Assembly: GCA_017548985.1 (NCBI GenBank) | Contig: JAFYYW010000009.1 | Span: forward strand, 5,290-69,289 | Length of the DNA: 64,000 bases | DNA from: Bacteroidales bacterium | GTDB lineage: Bacteria > Bacteroidota > Bacteroidia > Bacteroidales > UBA932 | Direction: 5' to 3' | In this document: one piece after another, positions 42,367-51,811 of the stretch | How the letters are laid out: the number at the start of each line of letters is the position of its first letter | How positions within the stretch are numbered: position 1 is the first letter of the stretch | The notes under the pieces: model-generated | What the model was told of the DNA's origin: nothing | The model's database searches: none | The model's input: only the letters and a program-made list of their open reading frames with translations | Program-made: the position numbers and the translations under genes

Positions 42367-45007
42367 CAGGATATTCGCTGCCGCGGTGGCGCTGGTTTGC
42401 GTCGCCGGATGCGCGAAGGTCGGTCCAACGGGCCTCCGTGCCGAGTATCAGAAAGGTGACGCACTGGTTGAGGCCAGCTCCGCACCAAGGATGAGCTGGA
42501 TCAACTCTTCTGAGCAAACCGCTTGTCAGATAATTGTTTCCAAGAACAAGAACGGGAAAGACCCGGTATGGGATTCCGGAAAGGTTGACTCCGGAGAATC
42601 CCACCTTGTCCCTTATGGCGGTCCAGCCTTGGAGCCAATGACTGACTATTACTGGACTGTCAGGACTTGGGATGGAAAAGGCAAGGCCACCAGGTGGAGC
42701 GATCCTGCCCGCTGGACCACAGGACCCGCGACAGACGGCTGGGATGCCCAATGGATCGGAGCACCATGGCAAAAGGACGAGAGAGGCCAGTGGTACACCC
42801 GCTACCCGATGTTCCGCAAGGAGTTCAGTGTCGGGGCAGGCCTCGTGAGCGCCAACATGTTCATAAGCGGACTGGGTTATTTCGAGGCCAGGATAAATGG
42901 AGGAAAGGTTGGAGACGATTTCCTGGCTCCCGGTCTTACGGACTACACCTTACGTCCTTTCCTGCGTGAGAACCCCAGGATCCCGCTGGATCCTGAAGTC
43001 ACCGCCTACAGGACCCTTTATCTCAGCTACGACATCACCAGCCAGTTGAGACAAGGGACCAACGCCATCGGAGTAACCCTCGGAAACGGTTATTTCCATA
43101 CCCGGCCGACCGCCCAGTCAGCCCAGTGTGAGCCTTACGGTGTGCCGAGGCTGATCGCCAGGATAGAGCTGACCTACAAGGACGGCCACAGGGAGCATAT
43201 CAGCACGGACACGTCCTGGAAAGCCGCAGAATCCCCCTTCGTATTCGGAGATATCTGGCAAGGAGAGGCTTATGACGCCCGTGAGGAACAGCAGGGATGG
43301 GACAAGCCCGGATTTGACGACTCCGCCTGGGCCGCCGCAGTGATACGGACGACCCCCGACGGACCTCTGACCGCCAATAACGGCCCCACAGACAAGATCA
43401 CCGAAGTCTTCAAACCCGTCTCTTTCGAGAAGCTGGATGACGGATCCTATAAGGTTGACTTCGGCACCGTGATTTCCGGATGGATCCACTTCAACGGTAT
43501 CAAAGGCAGTTCCGGAGACACCTTGAGAGTCGAGTATGCCGGCGAATACGCGAGTCCCCGTTGCGAGTACATATTCTCCGGCGACGAACCTGTCGACTTC
43601 GCCCCCAGATTCACCTGGTTCGTGTTCCGGGAGGCAACCATAAGCGGCATAAAAGACCTTGACGCCTCACAGATCACAGCAGAGGCGGTCAACACAAATG
43701 TCCCGGTCAACTCATCATTCTCATCCTCGAATCCTCTGTTTGAGCGGATATTGACCATATTCCAGCGCTCTCAGATGGACAACATGCACAGCGCCGTAGC
43801 CTCCGACTGTCCCCATAGGGAGCGACTCCCCTACACCGGGGACGGAGAGGTAGCGATGGCCGCTGTCCTGTCGTCCTTCGACGCCTCGTCATTCTATAAC
43901 AAATGGATCGGCGACGTGATCGGAAGCCAGAATCCCGAGACGGGTTATGTCCCGAACGGCGCCCCATGGGAGCCGATGTGCGGAGGTGGCCCCGCCTGGG
44001 GAGCGGCAATCTGCGTGATGCCATGGGAGTTTTATCTCCGTTACGGGGACAAGTCGCTGCTGGAGAACAGTTTCGAAGGGATGAAGGGATATGTCAGGTA
44101 CCTCGGCACATGGACCAGACCGGATGGCACAATCCTGGTCGCCAAGGCCACTCCTGACGGCCAGCCGTTCTACTGGTATAACCTCGGTGACTGGCTGCCG
44201 CCCCAAAACAATGAGATTCCTTCCGAGGCCCTGGTCCACACCTTTATTTATTGGATATGCGTGAGGAACGTGGCCTGGGCTGCCGGCATCCTTGGTGACG
44301 ATGCGGCGGAGAAGGAATATTCAGAATTGAGGGACAAGATCGCCGCTTCTTTCAACGAGACATTCTACGACAAGGAGACAAAATCATACGGGGACAACGG
44401 AAGCAATGTCCTGGCTTTGTACATCGGTGTTCCCGCCGACAGGCTTGAGGATGTCAGGGCGACTTTGAGGGAAGAGCTGATGGTCAAGAACAATGGTCAC
44501 CTCAACACCGGAATAATCGGCACCCGTTACCTCTTCGAGACTCTCGCGATGAACGGGATGGGGGATGTCGCATATACCATCATGAACCAGAGGGACTTCC
44601 CGAGTTTCGGCTGGTGGATCGAGCAGGGCGCCACGACCTCATGGGAGCAGTGGAACGGTACCGATTCGAGGAACCATCCGATGTTCGGAGGTGGATTGAC
44701 CTGGTTCTCTAACATGCTGGCCGGCGTGGTCACGGATCCTGAGAAGCCGGGTTTCAAGCACTTCATTGTCAGGCCTATGCCGGTGAAGGAGCTGCCGGAG
44801 GTCAACTACTCGACGCAGACTCCTTATGGTACAGTGGCGACTAAGGTGACCCATGACGGACAGACGGTAAAGGTCGAGGTGACAGTGCCTTTCGGCTCCA
44901 CCGCGACGGTCTTTGTACCCAAGAGCCTGGACGCTGTGATCGCCGCCCCGCTCTCCGACGACAGCTACACTGTCCACGAGACAGGACCCGGTCATTTTGT
45001 TTTCTAG
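42359..45007 (+). CDS. GH78 alpha-L-rhamnosidase-family lipoprotein
   Basis: Lipobox VAGC; SGLGYFE, DCPHRERLPYTGD, GDWLPP, TTSWEQW and SRNHPMFGG. Confidence 0.92.
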   Translation: MFNRIFAAAVALVCVAGCAKVGPTGLRAEYQKGDALVEASSAPRMSWINSSEQTACQIIVSKNKNGKDPVWDSGKVDSGESHLVPYGGPALEPMTDYYWTVRTWDGKGKATRWSDPARWTTGPATDGWDAQWIGAPWQKDERGQWYTRYPMFRKEFSVGAGLVSANMFISGLGYFEARINGGKVGDDFLAPGLTDYTLRPFLRENPRIPLDPEVTAYRTLYLSYDITSQLRQGTNAIGVTLGNGYFHTRPTAQSAQCEPYGVPRLIARIELTYKDGHREHISTDTSWKAAESPFVFGDIWQGEAYDAREEQQGWDKPGFDDSAWAAAVIRTTPDGPLTANNGPTDKITEVFKPVSFEKLDDGSYKVDFGTVISGWIHFNGIKGSSGDTLRVEYAGEYASPRCEYIFSGDEPVDFAPRFTWFVFREATISGIKDLDASQITAEAVNTNVPVNSSFSSSNPLFERILTIFQRSQMDNMHSAVASDCPHRERLPYTGDGEVAMAAVLSSFDASSFYNKWIGDVIGSQNPETGYVPNGAPWEPMCGGGPAWGAAICVMPWEFYLRYGDKSLLENSFEGMKGYVRYLGTWTRPDGTILVAKATPDGQPFYWYNLGDWLPPQNNEIPSEALVHTFIYWICVRNVAWAAGILGDDAAEKEYSELRDKIAASFNETFYDKETKSYGDNGSNVLALYIGVPADRLEDVRATLREELMVKNNGHLNTGIIGTRYLFETLAMNGMGDVAYTIMNQRDFPSFGWWIEQGATTSWEQWNGTDSRNHPMFGGGLTWFSNMLAGVVTDPEKPGFKHFIVRPMPVKELPEVNYSTQTPYGTVATKVTHDGQTVKVEVTVPFGSTATVFVPKSLDAVIAAPLSDDSYTVHETGPGHFVF

Positions 45008-45053
45008 AAGGCATTCGCTATATTAGAGGATTATTGTTTGTGAATTGTTGGAT

Positions 45054-46415
45054 ATGAAAAAGATAACACTCCCAATCCTTGGCCTTCTAGCCTTTGTGGC
45101 GGTCAACGCCCAGACTTTGCAGACGGCATATCTTTCCGATGATTTCGTGTATTCCTACAGACTCAATCCCGCCTTCCATTCGGATTACGGTTTCGTGGGA
45201 TTACCTTTCATCGGAGTGACCTCCGGCACGTATAAGGGAGACTTCTCCCTCAATAACCTGTTTTACAAGAATGGTGGCGAGAAGGTCACGTTCATGAACA
45301 GCGGCGTGGCTTCCTCCGAGTTCCTGGACCACTTCAAGAAAGGCCTGAACAAGTTCAGTTCCGAGAGTTACACCAACCTCGCCGCGATCGGTTTCAAGGC
45401 CGGCGGGCTTTACAACATTGTCGATTTCAATTTCAGGAACTACACCAGCGGGAAACTTCCCGGCGACTTGGCCCGTTTCCTGAAAGACGGAGCCTCAGCT
45501 GACGGGTCCTATGACCTGTCAGGGCTGAAGATGCATTCCACATCCTTCTTTGAGATCGGCATCACCTCCTCTTGGAAAACCAGCAGAAAACTGACCCTAG
45601 GCATGAGATTCAAGGGAGTTATCGGCTTTGTCAACTCCTATATTGACATGGACAAGCTGACTATCAACCACGCCGGAGAAAACTGGACCGTGAACTCCTC
45701 AGGTGTGATCGCTTCTGCCTTTGACGGCTATCAGATTGCCTCCATGCCCGCTTATTACGACCCTTCCGTGAGCCTGATAGATTTCAGCAAGACCAAGGTC
45801 GGGAAGCCTAAGGGGATAATGAACGGTTATGGTGTCGGCGCTGACGTGGGCGTCCTGTACGACGACAGCTCCTGGCAGTTGTCAGCCTCGATATCGGACA
45901 TCGGATGCGTGTTCTGGTTCCATAATCTCTATGGTCATTCCCCGTCACCGGCCAAGGAATATTCGAAGGTTTACACCCCCCATCAGAGAGGGAGCGTCAT
46001 GGAAAGGGAGTTCTCAGACATGGGTGCCCTTCTTGGAGACGCCGCCAACTTCATTATGGAGGATGAGTTCCAGACTCTCGGCCTTCTCCCGCTGACTGTG
46101 CGCCTGGGAGCCAAGTATCTGTATTTGTCCGACATATCTTTCGGAGGTTTGGCGACCTTCCGCTATGACGACATCTGCCCGTTCTACGAGTTGCGGGGAT
46201 GTGTGAATTACAAACCCGTGAAGTCGGTGGAGCTGATCGGGAGTGTAGGAGCTGGAAGTCTTGGAATAAGTGTCGGCGCTTTCGCCAACGCCCGTCTCGG
46301 GTTCCTTAACATCTTCGCCGGGACAGAGAATCTGATAGGCACTTCCGGATCGGCCTTCCTGCCCTCATCCAAGGGCTCCCCAAACATGGTGGCCGGACTT
46401 AATATCCTCTGGTAA
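45054..46415 (+). CDS. DUF5723-like outer-membrane beta-barrel
   Basis: Signal peptide; YRLNPAF, G.GADVG, SASISDIG.. and C-terminal GLNILW. Confidence 0.75.
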   Translation: MKKITLPILGLLAFVAVNAQTLQTAYLSDDFVYSYRLNPAFHSDYGFVGLPFIGVTSGTYKGDFSLNNLFYKNGGEKVTFMNSGVASSEFLDHFKKGLNKFSSESYTNLAAIGFKAGGLYNIVDFNFRNYTSGKLPGDLARFLKDGASADGSYDLSGLKMHSTSFFEIGITSSWKTSRKLTLGMRFKGVIGFVNSYIDMDKLTINHAGENWTVNSSGVIASAFDGYQIASMPAYYDPSVSLIDFSKTKVGKPKGIMNGYGVGADVGVLYDDSSWQLSASISDIGCVFWFHNLYGHSPSPAKEYSKVYTPHQRGSVMEREFSDMGALLGDAANFIMEDEFQTLGLLPLTVRLGAKYLYLSDISFGGLATFRYDDICPFYELRGCVNYKPVKSVELIGSVGAGSLGISVGAFANARLGFLNIFAGTENLIGTSGSAFLPSSKGSPNMVAGLNILW

Positions 46416-46422
46416 AACGAAT

Positions 46423-46450
46423 AACGGCCTCAGGAAATCCTGAGGCCGTT
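46423..46450. terminator. Hairpin between convergent DUF5723 and tRNA-Leu
   Basis: AACGGCCTCAGG-AAAT-CCTGAGGCCGTT, a perfect 12-bp stem. Confidence 0.8.
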
Positions 46451-46454
46451 TCCG

Positions 46455-46537
46455 TGCGCGGGATGAGAGTCGAACTCACACGTCGCAATTGACACTAGCT
46501 CCTGAAACTAGCGCGTCTACCATTTCGCCACCCGCGC
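46455..46537 (-). tRNA. tRNA-Leu(CAG)
   Basis: Acceptor GCGCGGG/CCCGCGC, anticodon stem CTAGT/GCTAG with loop TTCAGGA, long variable arm, no encoded CCA; -7 box TATCTTTG at 46553-46560. Confidence 0.96.
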
Positions 46538-46610
46538 TTTTCAAATGGATTGCAAAGATACGAATTGTTATCGAATTCGCAAATAAAAATAGCGCGGGCT
46601 CGAGGTTTCT

Positions 46611-48185
46611 CTATTTGTTGTATTTCTTGAATGTGTTGGTGATGAGCGCCTTCTTAGCGGGGCAGACGCTGATCAGCTCGTTTTTGAAAGCTTCGACGTC
46701 GGTGACAGACGGCTTCAGTGATTCGCAGATCTGGGCCCTGGTGACTCCACCTTCCTCCAGTGTGGTCAGAATCTCCGGGTGGAACCAGTTGGAATACCCT
46801 TGCCTGGGATTTGTCCCATAACGCTCTTTGTAGACCATGTTCTGGACATGGTAGGCCCACATCTCGCTGACCTCGCAATAACCGGCGTTCTCACCGTTCC
46901 CCGTGCCATAGCATGATCCGGTCAACAGATAAGAGGAAAGCACGTAGGTCACATAAGGATTCCAGTAGGTTCCTCTGACCATCGTGAAATGTGAGGCGTG
47001 CGCCATCTCATGGATTGTGGTCGAGTAAAGGTCGGCATATTTCCCGTTCTTGTCCTTGGAACCGATCGTGATGTCCGGAGAGAATACCTGGACGACTACT
47101 TTATACGCCTGAAGGAAGTTGCTGACAAGTTTGCTGTCAAGGATGGCTCCCTGATGCATCATAAGGGCGCTCGAAGGATTAAGCTTATTCAATATCCAGA
47201 ATCTCATCTTCTTGGGAGGCAGGATGACATCCGTCGCCGAGCACTTCTGGAAATAATCGTAAGCGGCGTTGTTGACCACGCACCTGCGGAACAGGGTGGC
47301 GTCGGACTTGCTGTCAATCGTCACATCGATTCCGTCCGGATCATCCTTTCCTAAAGCAGACACGGAGGCTGGGACGAGCACGAGGTTCAAGCCGATGGTG
47401 AATCCGAGCTTGTTCTGAAAACAAAGGTTGTACTTTGGCCTGGCAGCGAATTTGGCCGGAAATGAGTAGTTGCCTTTGTCGTCAGTATAAGTCGTCGAGA
47501 TTTTGACAAGCACGTTGGCGGTGATCTTCACTCCGGAGACCCCTACCGTTTTACCCAACTTGTCATCCTTGATGGTTATCCTTCCGGAAGGGTTGGTCTT
47601 GGCTTTAGCCCTGGTTGCGACGGGAATCAAGTCACCATTGCCCGTAGCCTCGAAGGACCGGGTCTCAACAATGTCCCAATCCACATCCTCATAACCCCTG
47701 GTCGGCACAGTGTCGTCAGGAATAAAGCAGTCCTCCAATATCTCACACTCGATGCCCGGGGGAAAATTGAATCCCGGGGGAACGACAGCGTACTGCCATG
47801 AGATCTCTCCTTCCGGAATCGACGGGTCATGGTAAAAGTCGCCATCTTTAATTATCTCATAATCAAGCGGATGGTCAAACAGATCAACACCAAGGTCCTC
47901 AAGAATGGAGAAATCCTCGGAGCTTTTCGGGAGGAACCGGACATAAAGGTCCGTGACCGGGAGCTGGGCCTCGGACCTTGTGGGATAGAGTTCCGAGAGG
48001 GCGGCCATCATATTGGCGCGGGAATAAGGATTCTCGAGCTTCTGTCCAAGTTCGATCATCCCGTGTGCCACCACTTCGGTTTTGTCTTTGGTGTTCTGGG
48101 GGTCCAACGCGAGTTGAGACCCCTCCCCGGTGCCGCAAGACGCTAGCAGCAGCGTCGGCAGCAATAATTTGAAGAAGTTTTTCAT
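46611..48185 (-). CDS. Lipoprotein with HExxH zinc-metallopeptidase-like motif
   Basis: MKNFFKLLLPTLLLASC (ATG at 48185); TIHEMAHASH and downstream EMWA; -7 box TACCTTTG at 48212-48219. Confidence 0.75.
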   Translation of the reverse strand: MKNFFKLLLPTLLLASCGTGEGSQLALDPQNTKDKTEVVAHGMIELGQKLENPYSRANMMAALSELYPTRSEAQLPVTDLYVRFLPKSSEDFSILEDLGVDLFDHPLDYEIIKDGDFYHDPSIPEGEISWQYAVVPPGFNFPPGIECEILEDCFIPDDTVPTRGYEDVDWDIVETRSFEATGNGDLIPVATRAKAKTNPSGRITIKDDKLGKTVGVSGVKITANVLVKISTTYTDDKGNYSFPAKFAARPKYNLCFQNKLGFTIGLNLVLVPASVSALGKDDPDGIDVTIDSKSDATLFRRCVVNNAAYDYFQKCSATDVILPPKKMRFWILNKLNPSSALMMHQGAILDSKLVSNFLQAYKVVVQVFSPDITIGSKDKNGKYADLYSTTIHEMAHASHFTMVRGTYWNPYVTYVLSSYLLTGSCYGTGNGENAGYCEVSEMWAYHVQNMVYKERYGTNPRQGYSNWFHPEILTTLEEGGVTRAQICESLKPSVTDVEAFKNELISVCPAKKALITNTFKKYNK

Positions 48186-48261
48186 AATATAAGATAGTTT
48201 TGTTTCAGAAGCAAAGGTAAGGCAGACTATCCGTTGGATGAAATATTCAACGGATAAAAAC

Positions 48262-48284
48262 AAAAAACGCCGCTAGGCGGCGTT
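48262..48284 (-). terminator. Intrinsic terminator after deoC
   Basis: AACGCCGC/GCGGCGTT stem followed by a U-tract on the minus strand. Confidence 0.7.
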
Positions 48285-48331
48285 CCAAGGCATATTTTCA
48301 CTCTCCGGGAAGAGTCAAAATGACAAGAAAA

Positions 48332-49225
48332 TCAGAAATACGAGACAGTCTTCTGCTCAATGGCGGACATCAGTGAGTTGGCCAGGCGGCTCACCCCGAA
48401 GCGGAACAGGCTCTTATCCAGCCACTCGTCTCCAAGGATTGTCTTGACAATAGAGTAGTAGCAAACAGCGTCCTTGGCGGTCGAGATACCTCCGGCGGCC
48501 TTGAAACCGACCTTCCTTCCGGTCTTCTCATAGAAAACCTTGACGCACTCGCACATCACGTAAGCGGCCATAGGGGTGGCGTTGACGCTCACCTTTCCAG
48601 TGGAAGTCTTTATGAAATCGGCACCTTCCTCCATAGCCAGGAAAGACGCTTCAGCTATCTTCTCAGGGGCTACAAGCAAACCTGTCTCAAGAATCACTTT
48701 CAGGACAACCTTCTTACCCAGCTTGGTCGCGACACGATCAACAGCCTCCCTCATTGCCCTGATCTCCTTTCTGGCGGACTCATAGTCCTTAGCCATGAAA
48801 AAGTTGAGAGCCAGAACGATATCAATCTCGTCAGCACCAGCCTCGACAGCCATCTCACACTCCTTGACCTTCACCTCGATAAAACTCTGGGACGTAGGGA
48901 AACAACCTGACACCGCGGTGACATGGACACTCTTGTCAGTCAAGGTGTCGCTCACTACAGAGGCCATATTGGAAAACACGCAGACAGAAGCCGGAAGCGG
49001 ATACTCGGGGAAATCCTCCTTGAAAGAGTTGACCTTGGCGGCCAGTTTGGCGACATAGTCAGGAGTGTCCTCTGTGCGAAGAGTAGTCAAGTCCATTATT
49101 GACATGCAAGTCTTCAGGACTTCAGGGGTTGTCACGTTGTCGATATTGGCGGCGATAACGTCCAATCTTTTCCCGATCTTTTCCGCGTCAGGATTGTAAC
49201 CGTACTTTTCTAATAAAGGTTCCAT
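48332..49225 (-). CDS. deoC: Deoxyribose-phosphate aldolase
   Basis: MDLTTL, GADEIDIV, LKVILETG, DFIKTSTGK and GFKAAGGI. Confidence 0.95.
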   Translation of the reverse strand: MEPLLEKYGYNPDAEKIGKRLDVIAANIDNVTTPEVLKTCMSIMDLTTLRTEDTPDYVAKLAAKVNSFKEDFPEYPLPASVCVFSNMASVVSDTLTDKSVHVTAVSGCFPTSQSFIEVKVKECEMAVEAGADEIDIVLALNFFMAKDYESARKEIRAMREAVDRVATKLGKKVVLKVILETGLLVAPEKIAEASFLAMEEGADFIKTSTGKVSVNATPMAAYVMCECVKVFYEKTGRKVGFKAAGGISTAKDAVCYYSIVKTILGDEWLDKSLFRFGVSRLANSLMSAIEQKTVSYF

Positions 49226-49252
49226 TGTAGTATATCTTTAATTATCAATCTT

Positions 49253-50008
49253 CTATCCACGTATCTGAACATTCATTCCCTCCTCAATAAGGGGACGGAC
49301 CAGATTCTCCATCTCCTCTGCGGTGAACTTTTCCAAACCCTCTGCCGGGGCCTCCCGATCCAATGTGTAAACCATTATCTCCCTCGGCCTCAAATCCCTG
49401 ACAATAGCCATCCAGCCATCCAGAACCTCTGGAGAGGAAGAGTCAAAACCCGGGGCGCGGAGGAACATCGTCTGAAGGACGAAATCCCCATCAAACTTCC
49501 GCAGGGACTCGACCACATCAGCCACATGGTACTCTCCCTGAGGCTGGTTGATCTTCCGGACAAGCTCGTCCGTCGGAGCGTCCAGCTTCAGGATAGGGTT
49601 ATCCACTTTCTTCAACGCCTCGAAAATCTCAGGCTTGCCAACCCTTGTGGCGTTGGAGAGAACAGACACTTTGGCTGAAGGGAAATACTTATCCCTCAAC
49701 TCAATAGTTATGGATATGATCTCCGGGAAATCCGGGTTCAATGTGGGTTCCCCGTCCCCCGAGAAGGTAATGGAATCTATTCCCACACCATGCCGCGCGC
49801 AGTCTTTCAACTTCGACTCGAGAGCCTTCCTGAGTTTTTGGGCGTCCGGAAGTACCTTGTCGTCCCGACCATCTTTATTCCAGCCACATTCGCAATAGAT
49901 ACAATCGAAATTGCACAGCTTGCCTTTCTCGGGAAGCAAGTTGATTCCCAAAGACGAGCCCAGTCTTCTCGAATGGATGGGGCCAAAGACTATCTCCTCT
50001 CGCATCAT
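49253..50008 (-). CDS. Radical SAM protein (COG0731-like)
   Basis: FGPIHSRRLG.SLGIN, CNFDCIYC and FSGDGEPT. Confidence 0.88.
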   Translation of the reverse strand: MMREEIVFGPIHSRRLGSSLGINLLPEKGKLCNFDCIYCECGWNKDGRDDKVLPDAQKLRKALESKLKDCARHGVGIDSITFSGDGEPTLNPDFPEIISITIELRDKYFPSAKVSVLSNATRVGKPEIFEALKKVDNPILKLDAPTDELVRKINQPQGEYHVADVVESLRKFDGDFVLQTMFLRAPGFDSSSPEVLDGWMAIVRDLRPREIMVYTLDREAPAEGLEKFTAEEMENLVRPLIEEGMNVQIRG

Positions 50009-50012
50009 ATCT

Positions 50013-51200
50013 TTAAGCCAATCTATATGAGGCGCTTCCGGCTGTCAGCTGACCGTCGTCACCAAGGTTGTCAATAAACACGATCCCGGGTCTCTTGCCA
50101 ATCTCCAATGTTCCGAATATATTCTCCTTTCCAAGGAATTCGGCTCCGTTGCGGCAAGCCCAGGTCAACAGTTCATTCAAAGTGAGGCCATCGACATGTC
50201 CCTGAAGACAATAAAGCTCCCTGACCATGTCAAGGTCGTCATTACTGGAGAGCGAGTCTGTCCCGACAGTCAGCTTGAGACCATTGCGGCGCATCAGGTT
50301 AACCGGTGGCAGCGCGTTATGTATAAATATGTTAGAACACGGACAAAGGGCTATATACGGATGCCTCATAACCCTCTTCACCGCATCTATCCCCTCCTGG
50401 TCCATGCAAACCTCGTGGACAAGAAGGATATGCTCGTCGAAAGGAGCTGGATGAGCCTTCTCAAGCCTGTCTATGAAATAGAGGAGGGATGACTTCCCCG
50501 TCACTGGAGGCACGCTCATCCCAGCCGCCTTGCGGTTATCCCACATCGCTCCTTTGCCATATTTAAGCATCTCCTCTTCCTCTTCCGTCTCCTCGCTATG
50601 GAACGACAGGAAGCCGGACTTGAGTCCCTCGGCCGATACAGCCGTGACAAGCTCGGGACTCATGGTGTAGCAAGCGTGAGGGGTCGGCGAGGCGTCCAGC
50701 CTGAGCCGGTCAGCCTTCCCCTTCAGTTTCATGACAGAATCCATCACGTCCGCACAATCTTCCGGCTCGGTCCCGAATACCTCCAGAAAGGTCCTGGTGT
50801 ACATAGGGGACTCCTTCTTCACGGCGAAAGAATCATCGCAATTGCTGATGTCGGCCATGGCTGAGACTCCTCTCTCCCACATCACGTCCATCCACTCGAG
50901 TATGTCATCTATCTTTTCCTGAAGAGGTTTCGTGTCCCTCAACGCGTTGATCTGGTCGATGAAACCGGCCATGCCTGTCCCCTTGCGAAAGAGCTTGCGC
51001 ATATAAGACAGCTCCACATGGCAATGGGCGTTCACAAAGCCAGGGACGATCGCCCCGTCAAGGAATATCTCCTCCGCATCCGGATCCTGGCACTCCCCGA
51101 TAGCGGTGATTGTGCCTTTATGGTCATATTCCACATAACCGTTCCGGATCGGTCCGGGACGGTCTAACGTGTAAAGATATTCAGCGGCTATTCTCGCCAT
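50013..51200 (-). CDS. Amidohydrolase, nucleoside-deaminase (MtaD-like) subgroup
   Basis: PGFVNAHCHVE, PHACY, HSEET, LCPCSN and GTDSLSSN. Confidence 0.85.
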   Translation of the reverse strand: MARIAAEYLYTLDRPGPIRNGYVEYDHKGTITAIGECQDPDAEEIFLDGAIVPGFVNAHCHVELSYMRKLFRKGTGMAGFIDQINALRDTKPLQEKIDDILEWMDVMWERGVSAMADISNCDDSFAVKKESPMYTRTFLEVFGTEPEDCADVMDSVMKLKGKADRLRLDASPTPHACYTMSPELVTAVSAEGLKSGFLSFHSEETEEEEEMLKYGKGAMWDNRKAAGMSVPPVTGKSSLLYFIDRLEKAHPAPFDEHILLVHEVCMDQEGIDAVKRVMRHPYIALCPCSNIFIHNALPPVNLMRRNGLKLTVGTDSLSSNDDLDMVRELYCLQGHVDGLTLNELLTWACRNGAEFLGKENIFGTLEIGKRPGIVFIDNLGDDGQLTAGSASYRLA

Positions 51201-51808
51201 GGGATGGGTTTAGGTTTATTATCTGAAGACGGCTGAACAACTGACGATGAGTCCTTTATGATCAGTTCAGGGCCATGGAAAACAGTGTCCTCCACCACAG
51301 GAACCGGGTAATATACCCCCTTGTCGCTCTTATCAATCTTGATCTTGTCAGTCATCGAATTGACATAGAACACGTCCCCGTAATTGGTGAAATCATCCGA
51401 GGAGAAAGCCTTCATGGCTTTGGCGATCGAGTCGGCCCTGTGACGGATTTTCTCCTGCTGGCGGATATCCCTGTAAATGGCCGCGGACTCATCCTCAAAG
51501 GTTTTCACCACCCTCCCGAGCATCTCCGCATAACGCTTCGGGTCGGAAAGATAGTAATTCACGCTTGTCCTGTAGTCCTCGACAGTGTAGCCGTATTTCT
51601 CGAATATGGGCTCGTACAGCCAGGTCGTGTCGGCCTGACGCCTCCTGTCCTCAGACTCCATCACCCATTGGTCAACCAGGAACATGTCATAGTAGATCTT
51701 CTCCATCTGGCGCTTCGGGATCACTCCCGGCTCTTTTGAGCACGACGCCACCGCCGAGACGGCCAGCGCCACGGCGACAAAAGATCCGACCAACCTGTTC
51801 CTAGCCAT
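51188..51808 (-). CDS. DUF4296-like lipoprotein
   Basis: Lipobox VASC; IP...M..I.YD....D and IFEKYG....Y..S..YY. Confidence 0.75.
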   Translation of the reverse strand: MARNRLVGSFVAVALAVSAVASCSKEPGVIPKRQMEKIYYDMFLVDQWVMESEDRRRQADTTWLYEPIFEKYGYTVEDYRTSVNYYLSDPKRYAEMLGRVVKTFEDESAAIYRDIRQQEKIRHRADSIAKAMKAFSSDDFTNYGDVFYVNSMTDKIKIDKSDKGVYYPVPVVEDTVFHGPELIIKDSSSVVQPSSDNKPKPIPWRE

Positions 51809-51811
51809 ACC

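Noticed and set aside
51138-51163. 11-bp hairpin near the amidohydrolase start
   Set aside because: No apparent length insertion and no shared core with the other elements; plausible by chance in GC-rich coding DNA.
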